A stretch of DNA of 63,456 nt, filler included, from Sluysia triapertura (GCA_046118255.1; 4 parts of 4 records of this genome joined end to end with filler, not necessarily neighbours in it); one strand, 5' to 3'; shown: positions 25,473 through 37,493, counted from the whole stretch's first letter. Numbers and translations: made by a program. Notes: generated from the letters alone by a model not told the origin.

Positions 25473-26537
25473 CTGTAACGCGAATGACGTTATATATTAC
25501 TTTTTATTATTATATTACTGTTGCTACATAACGTAGTAAAATCTACTTTTTTCAAGTTAAATTAAGATATTAAAAAACTACACATGAATACATAGCTCAC
25601 TTGTAATCCATAAATAGTATCATATGTAACCGTCCAGCAAATACTACCCAGATATATTGGCAAACACACTGACCAGTCCACTGCACCAACAACAGCACAA
25701 TAACTTATTACTATTCCACAGTTAAGTAAAGCCCCTAGAAAACATAAGATATTCCTTATCGCCTAATAAAATAAACTAGATTTTACCACTAGCAACAATT
25801 ATTTTAAAAACTTAGTATTTTTAACCGCTAAAAAAGCGTTTACGACATTAAAAATACTAAATCATGCATAACACTAAGAATTACCTAAAACAACTTGAGG
25901 CCAATATGTATATCGTTTAAATAATGGATACGTCAATATTAAACTAGATGACGCCAGACCTAATAAAATACTTCATAAATTATAACTATTTAAAATATTA
26001 CCTATAATTATTGAACTGCATTAGGATAAGAAGACAAGGCAAAGACAAGAGCGTTATTAAGCTTATAGCTTCTTTTACTGATACTGTCCCGTTTGCTAAA
26101 GGTCTGTCTTTAGTTCGTTCAACCTATAAACATAAATAAAGCTAAAATAATCTTACATGTTTATCAAAATCTTTATCCCATATGTCGTTCACAACACAAC
26201 CAGCTGCTCTCATTAATATTGCTCCAATTCCAAATAAACCTAACATTTTAATTGATGGCAAATAACCAAAAGGAGTTCCTAATGCTATTCCCCACGTACA
26301 GGGCAAAAAAAGCAACCATGTACCGATAGGTCTATCAATTCTCATTAATTTTAAATAAGGCTTTATTCTTTCAGGAGAGGAGTTCACAAACTTCTCTAAC
26401 CACTTCGAACCTTTTTCTTTATAAATTAAATTATTTTTATTTTTCTTTGGAGATAAATTAGGAAATGAGAAAAAATGTGACAATGTAATTCGATCACATT
26501 TGTAACATCTAATCCAAATTGTTTTTGTAGGTAACAT
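25339..26537 (-). CDS. COQ2: 4-hydroxybenzoate polyprenyltransferase COQ2, 5' part: exons 26537-26157, 26123-26002, 25970-25885, then alternative exons 25734-25601 / 25472-25339; 3' exons not found
   Basis: [34 protein letters not shown]|[28 protein letters not shown] and YDTIY. GT-AG introns of 33, 31 and 150 nt keep the frame. Confidence 0.96.
25601..25734 (-). CDS. COQ2: COQ2 alternative exon, putative rhodoquinone (coq-2e-type), 134 nt
   Basis: TTTTCTAG | (G)[44 protein letters not shown] | GTGAG. Leu at the F204-equivalent site. Confidence 0.85.
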
Positions 26538-26964
26538 AGAATTTTTTAAGCATTCATCTTATTTAAGTGCGTATAAATTTAGTACAAATAAAAGATTGAA
26601 ACAAATGAAAATAATTTCTAAATTAAAAAAAATATTTTTATTAAATTTTTGCGATTAGTGCTTTCATTTACTTTTATTTTTATATATAAAGGCAAATAAA
26701 ACAATATCAAATTAAAATTGAATTTTAACGAGCTTAACTTTAAATTATCAAATGATTAAACATCGGCTTAAGGCCGTTACAATACTTAACTATTTTAACT
26801 ATTGAAAATACAAATTCAAACAAATTGAGATGACTAAAAAAAGAATTTTATATTATAACAAACAACAAAAATTATATAAATAATATCATAAAATATATTA
26901 TTTAAACCTCTGTATGGTATAATGATAGTAACTGTTTCTCGAATACTATATGCTTAATTACTAT

Positions 26965-27033
26965 TGTTGGGGTAAAAGGCCTAAAAAGTGCCAAGTAGTA
27001 TAATTGAATATATTGAAAATGAAATTGTTAGAC
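26965..27033 (+). mobile_element. Short-LTR family D, partial copy running into a gap
   Basis: TGTTGGGGTAAAAGGCCTAAAAAGTGCC...AAATTGTTAGAC is the reverse-complement match of 53237-53303. Confidence 0.6.
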
Positions 27034-27133
27034 NNNNNNNNNNNNNNNNNNNNNNNNNNNNNNNNNNNNNNNNNNNNTTAATTAATTAANNNNNNNNNNN
27101 NNNNNNNNNNNNNNNNNNNNNNNNNNNNNNNNN
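27034..27133. other. Assembly gap with six-frame-stop linker
   Basis: N44-TTAATTAATTAA-N44, identical at 38301-38400 and 51194-51293. Confidence 0.98.
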
Positions 27134-27289
27134 AACCCTCAAAGACTTTGATAACGCCCAATTCCAACATGACACTTAATCATATTATTTTACAAAAAAC
27201 TTCAACCAACACCACCATATGATAATATAAATATAATTAAATATTCCTAAAGCATGAATAATAAACAGTAAAATGTTTGTGATCGTTTT

Positions 27290-28410
27290 GAAACCGAAGA
27301 ACACATTGAAGTTCCAAAGAACCTTGTATGGTATTGAGACCCTTATAAAGACTTAAGTAAGGTTTGAAAAGATGCCTTGAAGTTTAAAGATACCTTTGAA
27401 CTTCTGAACCTTGGAATCATTTGAGACTTTGTTGATCTGTAGGAAGCTTTTAAAACTCTTTCAGACCTTAATAAACTTTTGAGACCTTTGAATAAACTTG
27501 TAAAAGTTTGGAACCTTTGAAATGTTAAAGATTAAAATTATGGTTAATGATATTAAAGACAAATTTAATACATTAATAATTAAAATAAAAAAGTAGAAAA
27601 ATGAATCAGAATGGTGAAGGTGAAAACATCTAGAACCTCTTGAGTGCCTTGTAAAGTATTTAAGAACTTTATAACCATGATAAACCTTTAAACTTAGAAT
27701 AAAATAAGTTAAAACAAATAAATAATTAATTAAAATCTTAATTAACTTAATTAAGAAAAATTACGTTTGTGTGAATAACTTTGAATGAGAAATGCTGTGT
27801 TTAAACCTTAATTATGTATGTATGTGGCTTAAAGAAACCTTCCGATGAATTGAACGCTTGACTAAGTTCATGTGAGGAAAGCCTCTATATTAAATAAAGT
27901 CGAATTTTAATTAATTTTTAATTTAAAATGATGAAAATTTCGTATTTAGAATGATGAAGATATGACGAGTTGGGTATGGAGTGATTGCTATGAAATAGGA
28001 GAATCTAAAAATGAGGTTAAAATGTTTGTGAAATGGTTCCTTTGGGATTGAAAACCTTAAACAATTTCCATTAAAAATTGAGTGTGAGGAAATGAAAATT
28101 AATTAAAATGTAAAAACTAAAGTTAAATTCATTATTATTCAATAATAATAATAATAATTGTTGGTTTAATATAAGAAGTTATTCTTGAAAAAATAGATCG
28201 AGTAAAGTATTAGAAAAAAAGAGAGTTGATTGTTAATCGAATTGTTTTTTTTTGCTTGAAAGGTCTTACGATGTAAGTGTCAAGGTCGTTTTAGTCGGTT
28301 TAATCTTTAAAAGAGGTTTTGATGATTTTGTGTAAAAATAATTCCCGATTAAGAATGCAGAAATGATTCGATGACATAAAAGTATAAATTAGAACACCTA
28401 GTTATTTTTC
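27290..28410 (+). repeat. Repeat family C, internally shorter copy of 44882-47070
   Basis: 27560-28390 is colinear with 46250-47050 (e.g. TGAAGGTGAAAACA(T/C)CTAGA, AAGTTCATG...GGAAAGCCT). 27300-27520 resembles 45010-45180. Confidence 0.8.
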
Positions 28411-30149
28411 ACAATCCCAAAAAAGAGGAGACAACATTCACAGATGATGGCGAAAAGAATATCTATGCTTATTATAACATTTTTAAAATTTTTTATAAAT
28501 ATTAATTTTATTTAAGAATATTTTATTGGCCTACTTAAAATAAACTTTTAAATATTAATTTAATTTCACAAATATTTTGCTATAATATTTAAATTATATA
28601 ATTACTGACATAGTCAAAGTAAATTTTTATAAACATTGATAAGGAATATTTTGTCAAAGTATCTTAAGGTTTATTATTGATCTATTCAAAATAAATTTGT
28701 ATTTTAAATAAATATTAATTTTAAGGTATATTTTGTCATATCATTTTATATTTTATTCTATATTTAGTTAAAATTAAAATTTACTTGTGGGATTCGCCCT
28801 CATATTTTGCATCCAATTTTGTTATTTTAGGGGATTCCTGTTGATTTTAATTTAGATAAGTGATACTCTTTTTGAATTAACTTTGTATCAATTTAAATTT
28901 ACATTTTAGAAAGTTTAGTTTTGTGTTATAACTAGATTAGGATTAAGCTACAAAAATTGATATTTATGGTTATTATAGATATAATTTGTTTTTGGCAATT
29001 GTTAATAATTTTATTTTTCAGGTAATTATTATTTTGTGTATTACTTAAAATATATTAAATTATTGTTGTTTTCGATTTTATCATTAATCTATAATATTAG
29101 AAAAAGACTTGTTGTAATAAATATTTTTTGGGATTTTCATCATCATCATCATTATTAAGAACATTGTTTGACATGTTATTATATGACAACGATTATAAAA
29201 TTAATTTCTAAATGTGAAGGGTGCGCCTATAATTTGCGATTTACGTCGTGAAGAAGACACAATTATAGGATTTTAGTCAAAGACTACGTAAAGTTTTCCT
29301 TAATCTTCTTGATTATGCTGATTTCTTTTATTTAAATTGAGGGTCAAAATTTTAATGAGTACGTTTACCTCTTTTCACTAATTAAAAATGTCTTTTGTTA
29401 TTTTTTAGTATTTTTTCTAAATTAATGATAATCAAATTATCTTAAGTTTAAATCAATTCTGTGAAGAAGATTAACTACGTAAATGAAATGCAAAATCAAC
29501 TACAAAGGATTTATTCAAATAAATAAATAAAAATGTTAACGATGAAAGAATTAATATTTTGGATCTCTCCGAAATTAATGTTATTTTTGTTATGAATTAT
29601 TGACCCAGGTATAATACTTGTGAGTGTCGAAAATATAGATTTTAAGTCGAGTTTAAAGCTAAATATTATAGCTTGACCTAACGTATTCATGGAATAACAG
29701 ATAGTAAAAGTAATGTTGAAATATTTCTTCACTATTGAAAACGGGATCGATACTTTTGAAACTGATATTGAAACTGCCACAATGAAATCAGTGAAAATCG
29801 ACGAAGATGCATGGAGAAATCTTTTGAGATTTAATCCTTTTTTGAACTTGTTTTTTGTTTTGCGTTCGATTTTATGAAAATAGTCCTTTATATATTAATT
29901 AAATGTTATTAAAATTACTTCTCGATTTTTCAATTAAAATAAGAAATAAAGTTTTAATAAAATTTTTGATTGGTAATTAAATGTCATGTTATTCCATGAT
30001 TTTCAATTAAAATAAGACATAAAATTTTGATTAATAGTTAAATAAAGACATAAAATAAGCAATAAAATAAAACCATAAAAATTTTCTCAAATAATTTGCA
30101 TAAAGCTTTTGATAAACAATAAATAATAATAAAATTTTCTAACAAATTA

Positions 30150-30945
30150 TAATTTTGTTCTGATCACATATTTCATTTGTCTTAAAGATAAGTTCTTAGA
30201 ATTTTCTATGATAACTGAGAACATATGAGATGCTTCAACGATGAATCGAATCGAATCACGTTTTATTAACCTATAATTCGAATTATAAAGCTCATCAATG
30301 GTACAAATTTATCAACACTTTTGCCATTCATTTCTAAACATATTATCCGTTCTAAATCGTTTCATTGTTTCTTGATCGATTACTGAAATACAAAACAAAA
30401 CAGAATATTCGTGTTTTAGTTTTTGCTTAATGAAACTATAAATAATCTTTAATTCAACCTTAAGATGAGTTCCACAGCCAAAATTATCTCCACCTGGATA
30501 AACAGCTAATTTTAATTTATAACGGTTTTTCATGCTAAAAATCTCAGGATTATCAATGTGAACACTTAAATTGTTTATTTCAAAATTCGAAATCGTGCAA
30601 TCTAATGTAACATTATTATAATTTTCGTAATCATTTAAAACATTCATGGATAATTTGCTTTCGATATTATCCTTATATATTTAAATTACTAATTTTATCA
30701 TTTATACATTTTATTTTAGTTAGAATTTCTTTTGAACCACAGAAAACACAACTAACAGTTTGTTCTGAATATTCTAATCTTTCGTATCGTAATGTATTAA
30801 TAAACAAATTAGTTACAGCGTCAACAACTTTCTCAGATACATTACGGTTCAACTTAGCATCGTGATAATTGAAAATGGTAATAGCACATAAATAACGTTA
30901 ACACTGTGTGTTTACATTACACTTTGAATTATCTTTGGTCTTGTT
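30150..30945 (-). pseudogene. TRAF-like (Cys-rich segment, coiled coil, MATH domain) pseudogene
   Basis: ORF 30647-30312 has MATH motifs (ISNF, YKLKLAVYPGGDNFGCGTHL, SVIDQ). After TGA TAA the same frame continues ICTIDELY...LIKRDSIRFIVE. An upstream frameshifted segment encodes EQTVSCVFCG. Confidence 0.7.
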
Positions 30946-31067
30946 TAAAAGAATATTCAGAACAAACTGTTAGTTGTGTTTTCTGTGGTTTAAAAGAAAT
31001 TCTAACTAAAATAAAATGTATAAATGATAAAATTAGTAATTTAAATATATAAGGATAATATCGAAAG
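30658..31067. repeat. 118-bp near-perfect inverted repeat (30658-30775 / 30950-31067), 174-bp spacer
   Basis: The arms are reverse complements with one mismatch seen. Confidence 0.95.
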
Positions 31068-31164
31068 TATTATTAATTTTATTATTTTCTATAATAACAA
31101 TATTGATTTTTGAAAACAAATAAATTCAACAAAACACAACAAATAAAAATTACAAAAATTAACT

Positions 31165-31503
31165 TTACACTTGTAGACAGTTTCTTCGAAAGCTTTTCGT
31201 ACATACTAGAAGCATATGTTCCTTAATTTGTACATCAATATTATAATTAAGAGTATTGCATAATAAACTCTTTAATCGTTGAAATCCTTCTATCACCTTT
31301 CGATAATCTTGAGGTGTATATTTAGTTAAAACTTTTTTATAGATTATTATCTTCTTGTCAACCAATGAAATGCCGGGATGTAAGCAAGCAACGGTGGGTT
31401 CAATCATGGTTCTAATCAGCTCTATGATTTGTTTTTTTTCATATTTTTCATATTTTTCTCCAAAACATTCGCATTCAGGAATTTTACTAAAACAGGCCCC
31501 CAA
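31165..31503 (-). CDS. Hypothetical 112-aa protein (TTG-GACFS start)
   Basis: Uninterrupted ORF with higher GC than its flanks. No recognisable domain, and the first codon is TTG. Confidence 0.35.
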   Translation of the reverse strand: MGACFSKIPECECFGEKYEKYEKKQIIELIRTMIEPTVACLHPGISLVDKKIIIYKKVLTKYTPQDYRKVIEGFQRLKSLLCNTLNYNIDVQIKEHMLLVCTKSFRRNCLQV

Positions 31504-31789
31504 GAACTATTAATATTAATACAAAAATGATAGTTTCAATTCTATAAGTCATATCTTTAATTTTTTTCGGTAATCGTGATTATATATAAAAATTCAAAAT
31601 TCAATATTCATAAAAATAAAAAACAAAATAGGCTTAGGGCGAAATAAGTATAGTGTAATGTATATTTTTAACTCACTAATTATAAAGGCAAAATTTTTAA
31701 TTTTTCAATTACTATTCTTTTTTTAGTAAGCAAGTTAATTTTGTATGAGTTCATGCATTTCTTTTTAGTTAGAAATAAATCTCGATGAC

Positions 31790-32707
31790 AACAATAGTTA
31801 TCTTGATTGGCTGTCCAACCAGAGATATATAAGAATAATTTTGAGATGCAATCTGGTTAGGCAACCAGTGAAATTAGGAATGAATGATCACAACCATCAT
31901 CAATAGTGACATTGAGCTATATATGTAAATTAAACATGTCACCGTTGATGATGGCAGCTACCAAATTAAATGGATTATGTTTAAAGGTAATGAAAATAAT
32001 GGAAATAATAAAAATGATGATGATAATAATAATAAAAATGATGATGATAATAATAATAAAAATGATAATAATAATAATAACACAGTACGTTTTGAATGTT
32101 GTTAGCTAGCTTTACGTGAATTTTTAAATACTATTTAACGTGTCTTACTGGAGATATATTTTGGTGTAGAAGATTAAGGCTTAAGTATTAGGAATAATAT
32201 AAATGTTAGAAAATAGATGATAAATGTACACTGATGTTTTGAAAAAAGTAATGTTAAGCTGTTAGGATTTAATGGTAACAGATCATGAATTTAGAATGTT
32301 TGGATTGCTTTTAAGATGTCTGTTAGTTAATTTCGAATTTGATTGTGATAGAATTGTTATGAAGTGTCGAATAAAATATTTTTGGTGAATCTCTTAATGT
32401 ATTGTATGTTATGAGATTGTAAATTTGAAGTGTTTTGAAAAGTGTGAGTTTATTTTGGTGGATGTGAAAAGAATTAAGGTATAAAAACGGTTGTGACGAA
32501 TTTTACAAGGTTGTTGTGTGGTGTTGAAACGAATATAATTTTAATTATTTTTGTATTGATTGTAAATTTAAAATGTGAGTTGTAGATTTTAGGAGTGAAT
32601 TTTATATTGAGGAAGACTTATGTAACAAAATATTTTTAATGAATTTCTGAAAATGTGTAATATAAATTTTTAATAAAATTTGTTAAGGTAATAGGTTGGC
32701 CACCACA
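31790..32707 (-). mobile_element. LTR-like repeat family A, copy 2 (reverse orientation)
   Basis: Minus strand starts TGTGGTGGCCAACCTATT...AAATTTTATTAAAA. It has a G/T-rich tract on +, (TAA/TGA)n at 32000-32080 and hairpins at 31894-31954 and 31812-31863. Confidence 0.65.
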
Positions 32708-33169
32708 ATGAATACCTTAATATAGCTGATGATAATAAACGTGTACAGCAAAGTCTTATTGACGATTTGGTATTTTTCATACTAGGATTGAGACTAGTAA
32801 TGTGGCAGTTACTCATTTTTTATTTAAATTAAATGAATTAGGTGATAAAACGTACCAGTCCCTTACTCATGACTATTTATCCTATAATTTGTACAGACAT
32901 ACAAAAGTCACGGAATAAAATTACAAGAAATGATACTCAACATAATAAAGACATGTCGTTCACGGAAAAGAAAGCACAGTGGTGAAAAAATGGAATCATA
33001 CTGTTGTGGTTCAATTCTTCTCTTGTGGTTATAATATTCTATCAACGTCACATATACTGGATTTAGTTAAAGTTGAATCAGAACAAAGTAAATATTACTG
33101 AAAAAATAAGATATTGCGTTACGACGAAATGTGTTAATGGAGTAAGTTTATAAAATATTTAAATCAAAA

Positions 33170-33520
33170 TAAAAGAAAAAGATACGAATATACCCTTTAT
33201 AAGGCCTTACTTTTTAAAAGGTAAAAGTACATTTATTGTTTAATTTAATTAAAAAGAGCATCATAAAATAGCATTAGAATTTGTGTGTAATGTTGAATTT
33301 TATTTGTATTCTTGCAAATATTGTTGAAATGTTGCAAAACTTGTCGACGCAAATAACGTAAAAGTTAGTTATTTTAATTAATTTATAAAATCTAAAATTA
33401 AATTTATATATGATGTAATGATTGTTTCCATTATCTTTGGTTAATTGTAGGAGACAATAAAATTGGAAGCCGATGGAAATTAGTGTTGAAATTTAATTAT
33501 CGAAATGGGTATGCTTATAA
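33170..33520 (+). repeat. Dispersed repeat family B, diverged partial copy
   Basis: TCGACGCAAATAACGTAAAAGTTAGTTATTTTAATTAATTTATAAAATCTAAAATTAAA matches 23149-23207. Confidence 0.65.
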
Positions 33521-36423
33521 CAGAAGAAAATGAATGAATAATTGTATAAAATAATTATTTCCATTTTCCAATTTTTGATATCATAAAAAATTTCCCAAAT
33601 ACTATGTATTAAAATCAAATCACAAGACAAAGAATTTAAAATATAGAGCTTCATTTCCGTTAAGAGGGTTGCATCAACGCTTTTTTCATAAACATTGTGA
33701 TTGAGGATTTATCTTTAGTAATTCACTAAACTCTGTAAGTGCATTTCTGTTATTACGGTTAGTGATTTGCGTTCTTGTTATTTTATTATTGTTAATTAAA
33801 GGCATCACATTTGTAGCGTTGTATCTTCCCGGGAATCTTTTCATTGAATTTATAATTGTTTTTAAAGAATTGATGATTTTTGTTATTTCTGTGATATTAA
33901 AAATATATCGAGATTCTGTGTTAATTTAATTATTGATTTTATATTGAATATTTTGAATAAAGTCACAACAAAACTTCATCTTGAACACATATGAAAACAT
34001 ACTCTACATATATCATTACGTAACACCACCTCATACCAAACTTTAACTTTTAAATAGTAAATTTAAAAATTTTAAAAATAATCTTAAACTATTATTTTTG
34101 TCAGGACAAAACATGAATGAAACCTGAAGAAAAAATATTATAATAATAATAAATTATAATAACAATAATAAAAGAATCTAACCTGACATTTGGTTATCTA
34201 AAAATAATAAATGATAAATAAAAATAATTACTAAGCGAATTTCATATTTTGTTACCATCTGGTTATCTAAAAAATAAAATAAAAAATAAAAATCTATCAA
34301 TATGTGAATAATCCCATCTGTTTGTTTCATATTTTATCTAAATAAATAAAACAATACTTACGGTAGCTCAAAAACAACTATATAAATGAAATAAAACTTA
34401 CAAAAAACAAAACGATTTATTGCTAATTTGTGATATTAACGAAATCAACCATCGATATACTAATTCCATTGAAGATATCAAATTGTGCTAAGACAGCCAT
34501 TGAAGACATCGATTTAAAGATTCTGTCAACGTATTAGCTATCCTTTCATAGATGATATCGATTTGTTTTGGTATTGTTAGCTTTGAATCCTATTTGTTCC
34601 AGTAAAAAATCAATCTTACTTGGTGCTATTGGTTTTGGTCCGATTAAAGCAACACAGATTGAACTGACCATTTTGTGATTTTTTTGAGTATCCGCAAGTT
34701 AATTATTTGTTAAGTTATTCTGTGCATTAGGAAAAATAAAATATCACTTAAAATATGTAATTGACATTTAGTTTTCGGCTAAACATAATTTTATTTTTTA
34801 AAATTTAAAACAATTTTTCTAGAAGCAATTCTAGTCATATTCATTTATTTATTATAGAATTTTCGGTTAAATAAATTATTTGTTGTACCTTGAACGATTG
34901 TTGGCTGAACAGTTGTATTTAATAGTTTTTATACCTGTAGATAATAAATCTAAAATTTTTCTAGTTTTTCTTTTAATTAGTGAAAAGTTCGTGTAAAATT
35001 AGAATCCAATTAGAGAAAACAGATATACGTGATTTTTTAAAAGATTTCAAATAAATAATTTTTATTCAAACTAATTACGTGATTATTAAGAAGTTCAATA
35101 ATTAAAGTTATAATTAAGTTAACATTTACATTTTATAATTAGCGAGAGATTGAAAAGCATTAATAGTTAATTATGAAGAAAATATAATTAAATATTAGAC
35201 ACTGATATTAATTATAAGTATTGTTTAAGTATAAAACAAACTTCCTTGTCTGTAGAAGGGATATTAAAACGGTTTGTAAAATTATACACCCAAAACGTAT
35301 TTCTGAATTTAACGGCAATTAGGTTCTTGGAGTTAAAAGAGATTTAAATAAAATTTATTTACACAACTAGGTAAATTAATATGATGGTATTAAATTAATA
35401 TTAAGTACTGACTAAAACTTCAGTTACCCTAATGAAGTGAGCGAATAGATATTTAAAGTTAGTCGAATTTTTCTATATATAATTTTCTAAATGTCTGTAG
35501 ATATATTTAATTTACACATAATCCAAAAACAGTTAAGCATTTGAGTAAAAAAGAAGTTTACATAATGGATCCACTAAATTAAGCTAATAATTATTTAATA
35601 TTACAAAAGACGAATAGAATTTAGAATTATTGGACGTCGTCTAAAGATATATTATTGACAAAACAAAATGAATAAGTGCAAGAATTTGTACAAGTATTGA
35701 GAGACATACACTTGTTGATTGGTGCTTACAGATAAATTATGTCAAAGGTTTATATTGTAAGAGTCTGGAGAGAAACTTTAAAAGGAACCAAAATTTTAAA
35801 GTAGAGAAAACATAAGCGTTGACCACGTACATTTGTTTTTGTTGGTTATTAAGGTAAATAGAATATCAACAATAGAATTTGTTGGCAAATAGAGTATATT
35901 TTAAGTAGTTTAAATACCGAAAAGACCCTCACATAATTTAAAAAGTTCAGACATTACTAAACACAGTCATAGGGTATAAAGTCAAGATACGAGTATTATA
36001 ATTAGAAAGCTTTTTAATAGAATAATATCGAACTTATAAGTGCTGTTACCTACGAATACGTCACCTTAGGTTTAAACCGTATATCATAGATGGACCTTCA
36101 TTGCTAGTTACAATTTTCTAAACATAAGAAAAACACTAGAATTTTCATCTATAACTTTTGAAAACATTATTATTATTATTGTTATTATTATCACCGACAC
36201 TATTAATCTATAAACAAACGTCAACTTAAACTAACACAATTACTAAAAAAATCATCAGATAACAAATTGCATGTCAAATTTTCACAACAATGATTACAAT
36301 AATAATAACAATATTTACATCAACATTTACACAACTACAATCTAAAAATTAATATTGTTATTATATTATAAAACAATGTTGTCATTGTATTATTGTTATT
36401 ATTTTTCTATCTTTCTATTTTAT

Positions 36424-37493
36424 TGTAGTGGTCAACCCTTAACTTAATAATAAAACAAAAATTCATCACATAAAACAACATCACTCATCACACCCTTCAA
36501 ACATAAAACACCACGCAACTCATTTCATAAACAATAAAATACAACCTTAACACTTCACCAAACTACATCTCACAATAAATTAACTCACATCTGAACATTC
36601 CCAACTCAATAAACTCTCACATTCATTTCAACAACTCAAAACACTCATTCACTAAACACCTTATCAAGATTCACAACATCAATTCATCAAACACTTCACC
36701 AACCAACTCACAACCATCACACAAACCCCAAAAATCATAAACACAAGAATATACAAATCATACTTGTAACCATTTTAGAAATAATATCATTCTATCCAAA
36801 TTTCAAGCAATAACAACACTCAAAATCCACCTCACACAACAAACTCATCATCTACAATCACTTCAACAACACTGCAACATATACAAAATTATTTCGCAAT
36901 AACCTTTCCACTTTATTCTTTTTCCCACTGTGTAGAAGACTTAAATATGTTAAGAAGAAAATACAAAGATAGACAAGATCGTGTAAATGAGTAAAAGGAC
37001 ATTAAGGAATTCATGCATTATTATTATTAGGATCATCCGCTATCATTCATCACTATAAACGTTAATTTAAACTCTATTAACTCCTCCTTTATTCGTCACT
37101 ATTATTATTATCATCATGTTCCAATCTCTAATTATTTTATTATCATCACCACTTCTCAATTTTATTATTATTACTTACTATTATTATTCTTATTATTCTT
37201 TATTATTCGTGTTATTATCAATCCTTAATTTTACTGTTGTTATTTTTATTATTATAATAATCATTATTATTTCTTTATTACTATCATTCTTATTATTTTC
37301 ATTATTATTCATCTGCACTATTAATTATTATTAATCATAATAGTGACGTAATAATTAAATCCACCTCACGACATAAATAATTGATGACGTTTTTCATATT
37401 GTATCAATAAACCCAATCAGAGTTAACTGATACTCTCTTCAATTACAAACTCTGATTGGGTATGCACTAACCAGCCAATAAAGTAACACCACA
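36424..37493 (+). mobile_element. 5' LTR (family A, copy 3) followed by a putative primer-binding site
   Basis: TGTAGTG...CACCACA termini, AATAAA at 37477, TGG immediately after the LTR (37494), and an ORF beginning ~360 nt downstream. Confidence 0.65.

Noticed and set aside
27034-27133. Identical TTAATTAATTAA flanked by N runs (also 38301-38400 and 51194-51293)
   Set aside because: Artificial scaffolding linker with stops in all six frames. Adjacency across these gaps should not be trusted.
30309-30314. Stop-codon reassignment suggested by in-frame TGA TAA in the MATH ORF
   Set aside because: GAR1 ends in TAA and DDX21 and CBR end in TGA at homologous C-termini, so the standard code applies.
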